A stretch of 14,150 nucleotides of DNA from Oligoflexales bacterium. Lineage in GTDB: Bacteria; Bdellovibrionota_B; Oligoflexia; Oligoflexales; Bog-1112. The DNA lies in assembly GCA_045105515.1 (NCBI GenBank), contig JBGCDR010000019.1, positions 1-14,150 of the forward strand, in the 5' to 3' direction. Both the position numbers and the translations under genes were made by a program. The stretch's first letter is position 1. The number at the start of each line of letters is the position of its first letter. Of the stretch, positions 1 to 7,952 are shown piece after piece. The notes under the pieces are model-generated. The model had not been told where the DNA came from. It saw only the letters and a list, made by a program, of their open reading frames with translations, and made no database searches.

Positions 1-53
1 GAGATTCTTATCGTAAATCATTCAATAATGTTGCTGATTCAATATTAAGCTGA
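1..53 (+). CDS. istB: C-terminal fragment of IS21-family helper ATPase IstB (partial, 5' part outside window)
   Basis: Frame starting at 3 reads DSYRKSFNNVADSILS*, preceded by 'ga' (compatible with a GGA Gly codon). G[ED]SYR is the characteristic IstB C-terminal motif, and it lies just before IS21-like end repeats. Confidence 0.7.
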   Translation, partial: DSYRKSFNNVADSILS

Positions 54-88
54 TAGGAGATTTTTAAGGTCGTCGCCTATGGCTCCGT

Positions 89-133
89 GGTGGGTCAGTT
101 TTACATGACTGGGTGGGTCAAATTGGACATGAC
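89..133 (+). repeat. Two tandem 21-22 bp subterminal repeats (putative transposase-binding sites)
   Basis: GGTGGGTCA-gtttt-ACATGAC at 89-109 and GGTGGGTCA-aattgg-ACATGAC at 112-133. Confidence 0.85.
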
Positions 134-268
134 CGAGCAGCAAGCAGATTAGCCTCATAGACTAAACTAAATCCGCCTTCCGAAGCGATGGAATTTTTTC
201 TTCTGCACTTAATCTAGCAATCCGCCAATTCTCTACGTACTAAGGAATCATGGGACTTAGATCTAAAA

Positions 269-1609
269 ATGCAAACCGGCCAGGGTACAGATAAATGGAT
301 TCGTGCTATCGGACGACCATATTTTATCGATGGTAAAATTGCTGGATTTAAGGGAAGTTATCAGGATATTTCTGAACAAAAGAAAACCGAAATAGAGAGA
401 CTAAATCGCCAAGAAGAGGTGAGAAAATCTCGGGATGAAGCTATCAGGGCGAATAATGCAAAAAACCAATTTATAGCAAACATGAGCCGCGAAATAAGAA
501 CTCCTATGAACGGTATTGTAGCTATGGTCGACATTCTCCTTGAAAAAGAAATGAACTTAGAACAAAGAAATATAGCCCAGACGATACAAAAAAGTAGTGA
601 GGCTCTATTATTGATACTAAACGATATCCTTGATTTTTCAAAAATAGAAGCAAACAAATTAGAAATTTCTAATTCTGTCTTTGATCTCAATAAATGTATT
701 GAAGGGGTCATCAATCTCTTTATTGCTGAAGCTGAGAAAAAAAATATTGCGTTGGAAAGCAATATCAATGAGCAGATACCAGCATTTATTGAATGCGATG
801 AGTTGAGATTAAGGCAGGTGCTTTCAAATTTAATTGGAAATGCTATCAAGTTCACCCTCGATGGTGGAGTGCAGTTGACAGTCACAACTGATAACAAAAA
901 GGAATTCATTATATTCAAAGTATCAGATACTGGCATTGGGATTCCTGACTCAAAGCAAAAGCTTCTTTTTAAGCCTTTTTCCCAAATTGACTCGTCGAAT
1001 ACAAGAAATTTCGGTGGCACCGGATTAGGCCTCGCAATTTCTCAGTCCATTGGTGAAAAGTTAAAAGGAGATATCAGCTTTACAAGTAAAGAAAACAAGG
1101 GCAGCAGTTTTGTTTTCAGGTTACCTTACACAGAAAGGCAACTTTTAAGAAAGAATGACTCACCCAACTTGCTAATGGAACGAAAAAAAAGCCTTTCACA
1201 TCTCAATATACTAGTTGCTGATGACAACGCATTGAACAGAAAAATTGTTGGCCATTTTTTAATTAAATTAGGAGTTTCCTTCACAATTGTCGAAAACGGA
1301 TTAGAAGCTATAGTAGAATTTAGGAAAGCTCACTATGATCTAATCTTGATGGACATCCAGATGCCCGTTCTTGATGGTATTTCAGCAACAAAAAAAATCT
1401 TCGAAGTAAATTTAAAATCACCTCCATCGATTATCGCTATGACTGCTAATGTTCTAGAAAAAGATTTAGAGCAATACATAAAAGTCGGCATCAAAGATGT
1501 CATTAGTAAACCATTTAGATTAAGTCAATTTGAACAGACAATAAGAAAATATTCTGATTTCATCGAAGATAAAAATCTATGTTCAGACTCTAAAGTTTCA
1601 AACTTTTGA
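269..1609 (+). pseudogene. N-terminally truncated hybrid sensor histidine kinase/response regulator (partial PAS/PAC-HisKA-HATPase_c-REC); probable pseudogene or pseudokinase
   Basis: PAC motif (KWIRAIG...GSYQDISEQK), H-box FIANMSREIRTPMNG (His replaced by Arg), N-box QVLSNLIGNAIKFT, G1 DTGIGI, F-box LFKPFSQ, G2 GGTGLGL, receiver ILVADDN...DLILMDIQMP...AMTAN...KPF. PAS-like sequence continues upstream of ATG 269 in the same frame (SLRTKESWDLDLK) up to TAG 215-217. The family call is secure; pseudogene status is less so. Confidence 0.75.
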
Positions 1610-1824
1610 TCTATAAACAGCCTATCACTACATGATTTTACCAATAAAAAAATATAATCCAATTTTGATTGGAATTTAGCCTATCATCAATAAAATAATC
1701 TCATCGTAACTAATTCGTATTTAAAGATCTATCGATATTCTTTCAAGTTTTTAAAATAAATATCCGACTTCCTAAACGATTTTAGATCGAATATCTAGAA
1801 GATGTTTTTATAGAGGAATTTAAT

Positions 1825-4800
1825 ATGAACAAAAATATTTTTAAATTTTGCTTATGCTTGATTTTTATAGATACTACTTTCAATATAACATTCGGCAATT
1901 CATCAACTACAAATAATTCACTCACATTTTTAGCATTTGGTGATGGTGGAACAGGTAACAGCAAGCAAAAAAAGGTCGCAGATTCGATGGTAAGAATTTG
2001 CTCTATACAAGGTTGCGATTTCGCAATCATGCTGGGTGACAATATATACAACGATGGAGTTGACAATGTCGATGATGAGCAATTTCAGACAAAATTCGAA
2101 GTACCCTATGGACCATTGGCAATTCCATTCTACGTTGCCTTGGGAAATCATGATGCCAGGGGAAATACTCAAGCTCAAATAGATTATACTGAAAGATCTC
2201 TTTGGTGGAATATGCCTGCTAGGTATTATGCAGAAACTATAGAAGATCTAATGATCATAGCAATAGATAGCAATGATTTTGGAGAAGATCAAAGACAATT
2301 TCTGGCAGATCAATTAGAGAATTCTTCTGCTTCACTTAATATTGTATATGGCCATCACCCAATCTATTCATATGGAAGTCATGGCCATACTTCATATTTG
2401 GTAGATGATCTCTTGCCGATCTTATGTGAATATCCGAACGTAGTTTACATTTCTGGGCATGATCACGATCTACAAGTTTTGGATTCAGAATGTGGAGTGC
2501 CACTCTTTGTATCTGGTGCAGCTGCAAAATTGCGCAAGACTAACTACGGACGTAGAACCGTGTGGAGTGAAAGTACATACGGATATACCTTATTTAGCTA
2601 CAATTCAGGGATTCTAAATGTAAGGTATTACTCAGAAGATGATGAGATTCTCTTCGACAGAATCTACTCATTCTCTGATAATGAGCAACTAACTGAGAAA
2701 GTTATTAGTTTTGATGGAAACTGGTCTTATCATGATCAAAACTTAGACCCAGGGCTTAGCTGGATGACTGAAGATTTCGATCATGGTACCTGGCCCCAGG
2801 GAAATGCTCATTTGGGCTACGGTGATGGAGATGAACAGACTGTCATTGCAGGAGGAAGCCCAAGTGTATATTTTCGTAGATATTTTGAAATTTCTGAAGG
2901 GCTTAGCTGGGCTCGACTCAAAGTCCATCATGACGATGGGGTAGCAATTTGGATTAATGGTCGGAAAGTCACCGAAAAACATATGGCCAAGGGCTTGGAT
3001 CATGATTCTTATGCAAGTTCACAGTCAAAGGACAATGAGCTAACAATTTTAGATATGGATACAAAACTATTAAATGAGGGATTAAATACTATTGCAGTTA
3101 TGGTTAAACAGCGCTCCCCAACTTCAAGTGACGTATCTTTCGACCTTGAACTCACTGCAAACTATTTACAAACCCCTCTTCCTAGTTCAATAGAATTTGG
3201 ATCAGATTGGCTTTACCACGACTTGGACTACTCTCCCAGTGCTAGCTGGCAACAAAGTGATTTTGACGACCGTTCTTGGGCTCTAGGCACCGCACAGCTC
3301 GGATATGGAGATGGTGACGAAAAGACGGAAATAGCTCAAGGTAGCCCCTCTGCATATTTCCGGAAAAAAATTTACATAGCTGAAGAAATAGCTTGGGCAA
3401 ACCTTAAGGTACTCCACGATGACGGAGTCGCAGTTTGGATTAACGGTGAGATAGTCCTCGCAAAACATATGAATAATGGCTTAGAACACGGTGTCTATGC
3501 TAGTAGCCAGTCAGGTGAAAATGAACTAACAAATATAGAATTAGATGCCAATCTGTTCCAAAAAGGATCTAATACAATCGCGGTAATGATCAAACAACAT
3601 TCAGCTACTTCCAGCGATATTTCTTTCGATTTAGAACTCACTCCAAATTACGACAAAGATCCTCTTCCTAAATCCATAGCATTTGGTTCCGACTGGCAGT
3701 ATCACGCAATTGATCAAAGTCCCGGTGTAAATTGGTTTGAAAAAAGTTATGACGATGAGAATTGGCAACAGGGAAAAGCTGAATTGGGTTACGGAGATGG
3801 AGATGAAAAAACCGAAATTAGCAAAGGAAGCCCTTCCGCTTACTTCAGGAAAGAAATACTTATTTCTGATGGAATTCAATGGGCTCAACTAAAGGTACGT
3901 CATGATGATGGAGTCGCAGTATGGATCAATGGTCAAAAAATCTGGGAAAAATATATGAACAACGGGATAGAACACAACGTTTATGCCAGCAGACAATCTC
4001 AAGACAATGAGCTAAGCACAATCGATTTGCCTCCAAGTTTATTTCAAGAAGGGGCCAATACTATTGCAGTAATGCTCAAGCAGCACTCAGCAACATCAAG
4101 TGACCTCTCTTTTGATTTAGAACTCTTAACCAACTATGATGGCAACCCTCCCCCTCCCGCTGAAGATGGAATAGTCCATATTGGAACCACAGAAATTAGG
4201 GACTCTCGTGGAGTTATTAACATTCAACGTCCATCGGGTAGTAAGCAGGGTGACCTCCTTGTTCTTTTCCTACATCGCACTGATGATGATCTCCCTCTTT
4301 TTGTAGATGGGTGGAAAAGAGTAGCTGAATGCTATAAAACTAACAATGGGCATCAATGTGCCACTGAACCTGACTGTACGAATTGGCACAATGACTATTT
4401 CTGCGAGAAGTTTGGCAGCAAGGGAAATGGTCATGATCTAGCACAATCAGTATTTATCCGTGAAGTAAAACCTGGAGAAAAAGATTCCTACCACTTTAAT
4501 CTTAATCTAGATAGCAGTGGGCATCCTGGTTGGGCGATTCTAACCGCATTGCGTGGAGCAGATACACGCAACCCGGTTAGAGATTGGTCTACCACTGGCT
4601 GCGATAAAAACGCAGATAGCATATTTCCAAGCGTTTATGGGGAGAGTGGTGATATGCTGCTCCTATCACAATCATTCGATGATGCAATAGCTAAATCTAA
4701 ATTTGGAGCACCTTCTGGTACATCGACAATTGGTTATGTAAGTAAAAGTGATGAGGCTGGTTTCCTTTTTGCAGGCATATTAGGTAATTCAGGAAACACC

Positions 4801-4878
4801 GGTAACAAGAAAACTCAAGGAGTGGGTGGACCTAGCTGTAAGGATGCTCTTGTGTCAATAACGATCAAAGCAAAATAG
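1825..4878 (+). CDS. Secreted multidomain metallophosphoesterase (purple acid phosphatase/ACP5-like) with three tandem beta-sandwich-like repeats and a Cys-rich C-terminal domain
   Basis: RBS GAGG upstream and N-terminal basic plus hydrophobic leader. All five PAP metal-ligand motifs are present: GDGG (1939), GDNIY (2035), GNHD (2143), GHH (2350), GHDH (2455). Repeats at 2704-4137; PPPP linker, then a tail domain from 4168. Confidence 0.9.
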   Translation: MNKNIFKFCLCLIFIDTTFNITFGNSSTTNNSLTFLAFGDGGTGNSKQKKVADSMVRICSIQGCDFAIMLGDNIYNDGVDNVDDEQFQTKFEVPYGPLAIPFYVALGNHDARGNTQAQIDYTERSLWWNMPARYYAETIEDLMIIAIDSNDFGEDQRQFLADQLENSSASLNIVYGHHPIYSYGSHGHTSYLVDDLLPILCEYPNVVYISGHDHDLQVLDSECGVPLFVSGAAAKLRKTNYGRRTVWSESTYGYTLFSYNSGILNVRYYSEDDEILFDRIYSFSDNEQLTEKVISFDGNWSYHDQNLDPGLSWMTEDFDHGTWPQGNAHLGYGDGDEQTVIAGGSPSVYFRRYFEISEGLSWARLKVHHDDGVAIWINGRKVTEKHMAKGLDHDSYASSQSKDNELTILDMDTKLLNEGLNTIAVMVKQRSPTSSDVSFDLELTANYLQTPLPSSIEFGSDWLYHDLDYSPSASWQQSDFDDRSWALGTAQLGYGDGDEKTEIAQGSPSAYFRKKIYIAEEIAWANLKVLHDDGVAVWINGEIVLAKHMNNGLEHGVYASSQSGENELTNIELDANLFQKGSNTIAVMIKQHSATSSDISFDLELTPNYDKDPLPKSIAFGSDWQYHAIDQSPGVNWFEKSYDDENWQQGKAELGYGDGDEKTEISKGSPSAYFRKEILISDGIQWAQLKVRHDDGVAVWINGQKIWEKYMNNGIEHNVYASRQSQDNELSTIDLPPSLFQEGANTIAVMLKQHSATSSDLSFDLELLTNYDGNPPPPAEDGIVHIGTTEIRDSRGVINIQRPSGSKQGDLLVLFLHRTDDDLPLFVDGWKRVAECYKTNNGHQCATEPDCTNWHNDYFCEKFGSKGNGHDLAQSVFIREVKPGEKDSYHFNLNLDSSGHPGWAILTALRGADTRNPVRDWSTTGCDKNADSIFPSVYGESGDMLLLSQSFDDAIAKSKFGAPSGTSTIGYVSKSDEAGFLFAGILGNSGNTGNKKTQGVGGPSCKDALVSITIKAK
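2704..4137 (+). repeat. Three intragenic tandem repeats, exact period 486 nt (162 aa)
   Basis: Units start at 2704, 3190 and 3676 and end (SFDLEL..NY) at 3165, 3651 and 4137. Shared motifs: W.YH, G.A.LGYGDGDE.T, GSPS.YFR, LKV.HDDGVA.WING, G.NTIAVM.KQ.S.TSSD.SFDLEL. Confidence 0.97.
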
Positions 4879-5197
4879 CTCAGACAAGAATTGATACAAT
4901 AAAAAATTTGCTCTAAATAATATCTTTGCCCCTTGAAGCGACAAAATGGAGGCCTGTTGCAAAAGGGAAGTAATACTATCCAAGGGTATGATTTGTAGCA
5001 TATTTCAGTTTCTTATCCACCTCTTTTAACACCAATTCTAGCCTTGGAATTTTGGAGAGCTAATTTTTAAGCAATATTGGGCTCACCAGAGCTTTTGAGC
5101 AAGGCAAAAGAGGTTTGCATGCATGGATGAATAAAAATCTCCTTGGGATAAATGGGGCAATTGTGGGCTAGGTCTTGAGAAGATGATTCACTAAAGG

Positions 5198-6469
5198 TCA
5201 ACTCAGACTCTCCACTACATAACTTTCTGGCACCTGCACTACTAAGAAGAGCATAACAAAAGCTGCATAGGCACTGATAAGAGCACCAGGCGCGAAAGGA
5301 CTCAACCTTCCTAGGCCGAGCATCAAAACTGGAGTAAAGCCACCAAAAATAGACATTCCCACATTATAAGCTATGCTTGAGCCTGTATATCGATACACCT
5401 GAGCGAATGTACGTGCTAAAACTCCAGGGAGAGGTCCTGAAAAAAAACCTAAAAGAACTGAAAACAGCATAATCCCGAAACTGACTTCAAATTGGCTACC
5501 GTGATTAATGAGGTAAAAAATAGGCCAAGACAAGATCATAATGAGGCCAGCAGTTCCTCGCAAAATTGCTGTTGGTGCCCATCTATCAGCCAAATAACCA
5601 GAAAAGAGGATTGCAATGCACAAAACTAGTGTATGCTTACTAGTCAAAGCTAAAGCCCGACCGAGCTCATAAGAACGTTCTTGATGCAGATAATTTGCAA
5701 AATATCCACTTAGAGTATAAGTCATCAGCCCAACCAAGCCTACCATGCCAATGCAACATAAAATTTCATGTGCCTGACGCCTCCACAAGAGTCTAATAGG
5801 CTCGAACATTCCCTCTGCTGGAAACTCTCCTTTCCCCTTATCATCAACCATGCTGATCCTAATCAAAGTAGCAGCAAACCCGACAACTATTCCACTCAAC
5901 ACGAAGGGAAGACGCCAGCGCCAACTTGGTATCGATTCTAATGCAAAGCCTTCGACCATAGCAGACATCCAGAACCCACCACTTAGCATTCCAAAACCTG
6001 CAACAGCAACAGTAATACTAGTTGTGAAAGAATAGCGATCTTTCAGCAAATCTAACTTGCTCAAATAAGTTGCTGCACCACTATACTCAGGACTCACAGC
6101 AAAACTCTGCAGACTGCGAAAAAAAAGCAGTAGGCAAGGAGCTAACCAAGAGACTTCAGAATAATCGGGGATAAAACCGATGGCAGTGGTTGAAGCTGCC
6201 ATAAGAAGCATAGACCACAAAAGCGCAATTTTACCACCTTTACGATCACCTAGGGCTCCAAAAACCACTGTCCCCAGTACCCTAAAGAAAAAGCTAGCAG
6301 CAAAAATTAACCAGGTATAGATCAATGCATGCTCACTAGGAGGCAGGAGCTTAAATGCAATGATTTTAGAAGCATAAGCAAACAAAGTGTAATCTAAAAA
6401 CTCTAGATAAGTCCCTAGAGCTGAGGAAATGACAAATAAGCGAGTTCTATATGATTGCTGGGTACTCAT
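5198..6469 (-). CDS. MFS transporter, metabolite:H+ symporter (MHS; ProP/KgtP/CitA/ShiA-like) family
   Basis: About 12 hydrophobic segments. GTYLEFLDYTLF (cf. GN.LEW[YF]DF), FFFRVLG..VFGALGDRKG, TTAIGFIPDY....WLAP.LL..FR.LQ, WRWRLPF, SGYLADR and RYTGSSIAYN are all MHS signatures. Substrate cannot be assigned. Confidence 0.9.
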   Translation of the reverse strand: MSTQQSYRTRLFVISSALGTYLEFLDYTLFAYASKIIAFKLLPPSEHALIYTWLIFAASFFFRVLGTVVFGALGDRKGGKIALLWSMLLMAASTTAIGFIPDYSEVSWLAPCLLLFFRSLQSFAVSPEYSGAATYLSKLDLLKDRYSFTTSITVAVAGFGMLSGGFWMSAMVEGFALESIPSWRWRLPFVLSGIVVGFAATLIRISMVDDKGKGEFPAEGMFEPIRLLWRRQAHEILCCIGMVGLVGLMTYTLSGYFANYLHQERSYELGRALALTSKHTLVLCIAILFSGYLADRWAPTAILRGTAGLIMILSWPIFYLINHGSQFEVSFGIMLFSVLLGFFSGPLPGVLARTFAQVYRYTGSSIAYNVGMSIFGGFTPVLMLGLGRLSPFAPGALISAYAAFVMLFLVVQVPESYVVESLS

Positions 6470-6674
6470 AATTCCACTTTTAGGCTTGAGTTTAACTAAA
6501 TGGCGTAAAGCCTAACATGGATCAGTTATCTGACAAGAAAAAAGCTTCATAAAAGAAAGCTATAACCCAACCCTTGAAGGCCAATAGCTAGCGTTTGATC
6601 CTAACATTTTCAGCTTTACAAGCGCCTAAGCTTCCGATAAAGAAACGAACTTCCGTCGTTTAATGGGAGTGTCT

Positions 6675-7382
6675 ATGAGAGCGATTCAACTTACCTTAAT
6701 AATAATAATTTTCTTTCTGGACTCCAGATTGAGAGCCCAAGAAGAGCAAACCTATGCTCTACAAGATTTGCAAGAGATTTTTTCCCTATTTAATTTTGAA
6801 GACATAAACTTTAACGGTAAACAGCAAATCATAAACAATCTTATACACTGCTTAGAATTAGACAAACAAAGTGATATACCAGCAGATATCCTCATTTCCA
6901 TCAAAAGTGACTATTCAAGCTTTATTAGCTCAAAAAAACCAGTAAATTTTACTTTTAAATACTGCTATTTGGCTGCTCAAGATCTAGACGCTTTTCTCAA
7001 AGAGTTTAATTTAGAAATTCGCCAGCTAGCTACAGTCCTTAAAATTAAGAGGATGGATGGCAACACCTACTTACCTCTTGCTGCTCTAATCATTACTCTC
7101 TCCTGGGACCCCAAACTACATTTTTTTTTACAAGAGAAATATGCTGCATTTGAAAAAAATAAATTAACCCTCACAGGAGGTCCATATGGAGAGTATGCCT
7201 ACTGTCTAAGCACTCTTTATGGAGCCAGTACTTATATACTTAAATATATAATCGCTTTTACTGATATTCATGAACACCAACAGGCCGAGGAATCAAAAAC
7301 AAGCAATATACTTAGGTTCATTGCAAGATGTTTAAGTCGAAAAACAAGTGATGCTGAAGTCCCATTAATAAGCAAATCATAA
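6675..7382 (+). CDS. Hypothetical secreted protein
   Basis: Open frame 6663-7382. ATG 6675 is preferred because GGGAG (6665-6669) is positioned as its RBS. Leader MRAIQLTLIIIIFFLDSRLRA|QEE looks like a signal peptide. No family recognised. Confidence 0.75.
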   Translation: MRAIQLTLIIIIFFLDSRLRAQEEQTYALQDLQEIFSLFNFEDINFNGKQQIINNLIHCLELDKQSDIPADILISIKSDYSSFISSKKPVNFTFKYCYLAAQDLDAFLKEFNLEIRQLATVLKIKRMDGNTYLPLAALIITLSWDPKLHFFLQEKYAAFEKNKLTLTGGPYGEYAYCLSTLYGASTYILKYIIAFTDIHEHQQAEESKTSNILRFIARCLSRKTSDAEVPLISKS

Positions 7383-7472
7383 TCCCAATAAATTTTGCCC
7401 TTAACTCTAGACTTTTTAATAAGTGTCATCTATTAAATATTTCTCTTAATGTCACCTTGCCTTGAGGTAATT

Positions 7473-7926
7473 ATGTTTGGAAAATACTTTCTATTTTCAT
7501 CCTTCGCTTTTGCTAAGCTAAGCTATCTGTATTTTCACCAAATACTTTCACTCGCCCTCTGATTTTAAATAAATTTGGTACAGTGCCGCTTAGTTCACAT
7601 ACTAAAACTATAGAAGTCCCAAACGAGAGCTATATAGACTTTCTTGGGAAGTCTCCTTATGCCAATAAAATTACTAATATTTTTGCAAATAAGGATCTGT
7701 CAATTAGTGAAAACTTCCAGATAGAACTTGACCCAGATAGCTGGGAAAATCAAATTGGGGCTAACAAAGAAGAATTCTATACAAAGATAAGAGCAGACAG
7801 CAAAATAGGCCTGTCTGTCATGCGCTACCTTATAAGAAACAGAGTTCAGGAAGAATTGTGTTAGTTTTGTTTGCTGGAGAACAGCAGTGGATCTTAGAAA
7901 ATACTCTTCATGTATGTACTGATTAA
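7473..7926 (+). pseudogene. Probable frameshifted gene for a small hypothetical (possibly exported) protein, incorporating ORF 7583-7864
   Basis: RBS GAGGT (7464-7468) then ATG 7473. Removing one GCTAA unit from GCTAA-GCTAA-GCTA (7512-7525) joins this start in frame to ORF 7583-7864. A third, overlapping open frame (7765-7926) may be the true C-terminus. Confidence 0.55.
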
Positions 7927-7952
7927 TTTAACTTACATAAAGGAAGTAGATC

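Larger units (their letters stand above)
1..139 (+). mobile_element. Right end of an IS21-family insertion sequence (element continues beyond the left edge of the window)
   Basis: IstB-like C-terminus at 3-53, followed by two tandem imperfect repeats GGTGGGTCAGTTTTACATGAC (89-109) and GGTGGGTCAAATTGGACATGAC (112-133) and a terminal CA at 138-139 (alternative CA at 141-142). Multiple subterminal repeats and TG...CA ends are typical of the IS21 family. Confidence 0.8.

Noticed and set aside
89..133. Repeats considered as a CRISPR remnant or iterons
   Set aside because: Only two adjacent copies with no spacer; better explained as IS21 subterminal repeats.
361..1020. 219-aa minus-strand ORF
   Set aside because: Antisense shadow of the conserved kinase frame; no independent motifs.
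1782..3888. Six short minus-strand ORFs (61-94 aa)
   Set aside because: All lie antisense to the well-supported phosphatase gene and have no recognisable features.
5850..6035. 61-aa plus-strand ORF
   Set aside because: Antisense shadow of the MFS gene.
7424..7455. TGTCAT/TGTCAC pair as a Pho box
   Set aside because: Spacing is 26 nt, not the 11-nt periodicity of PhoB sites.
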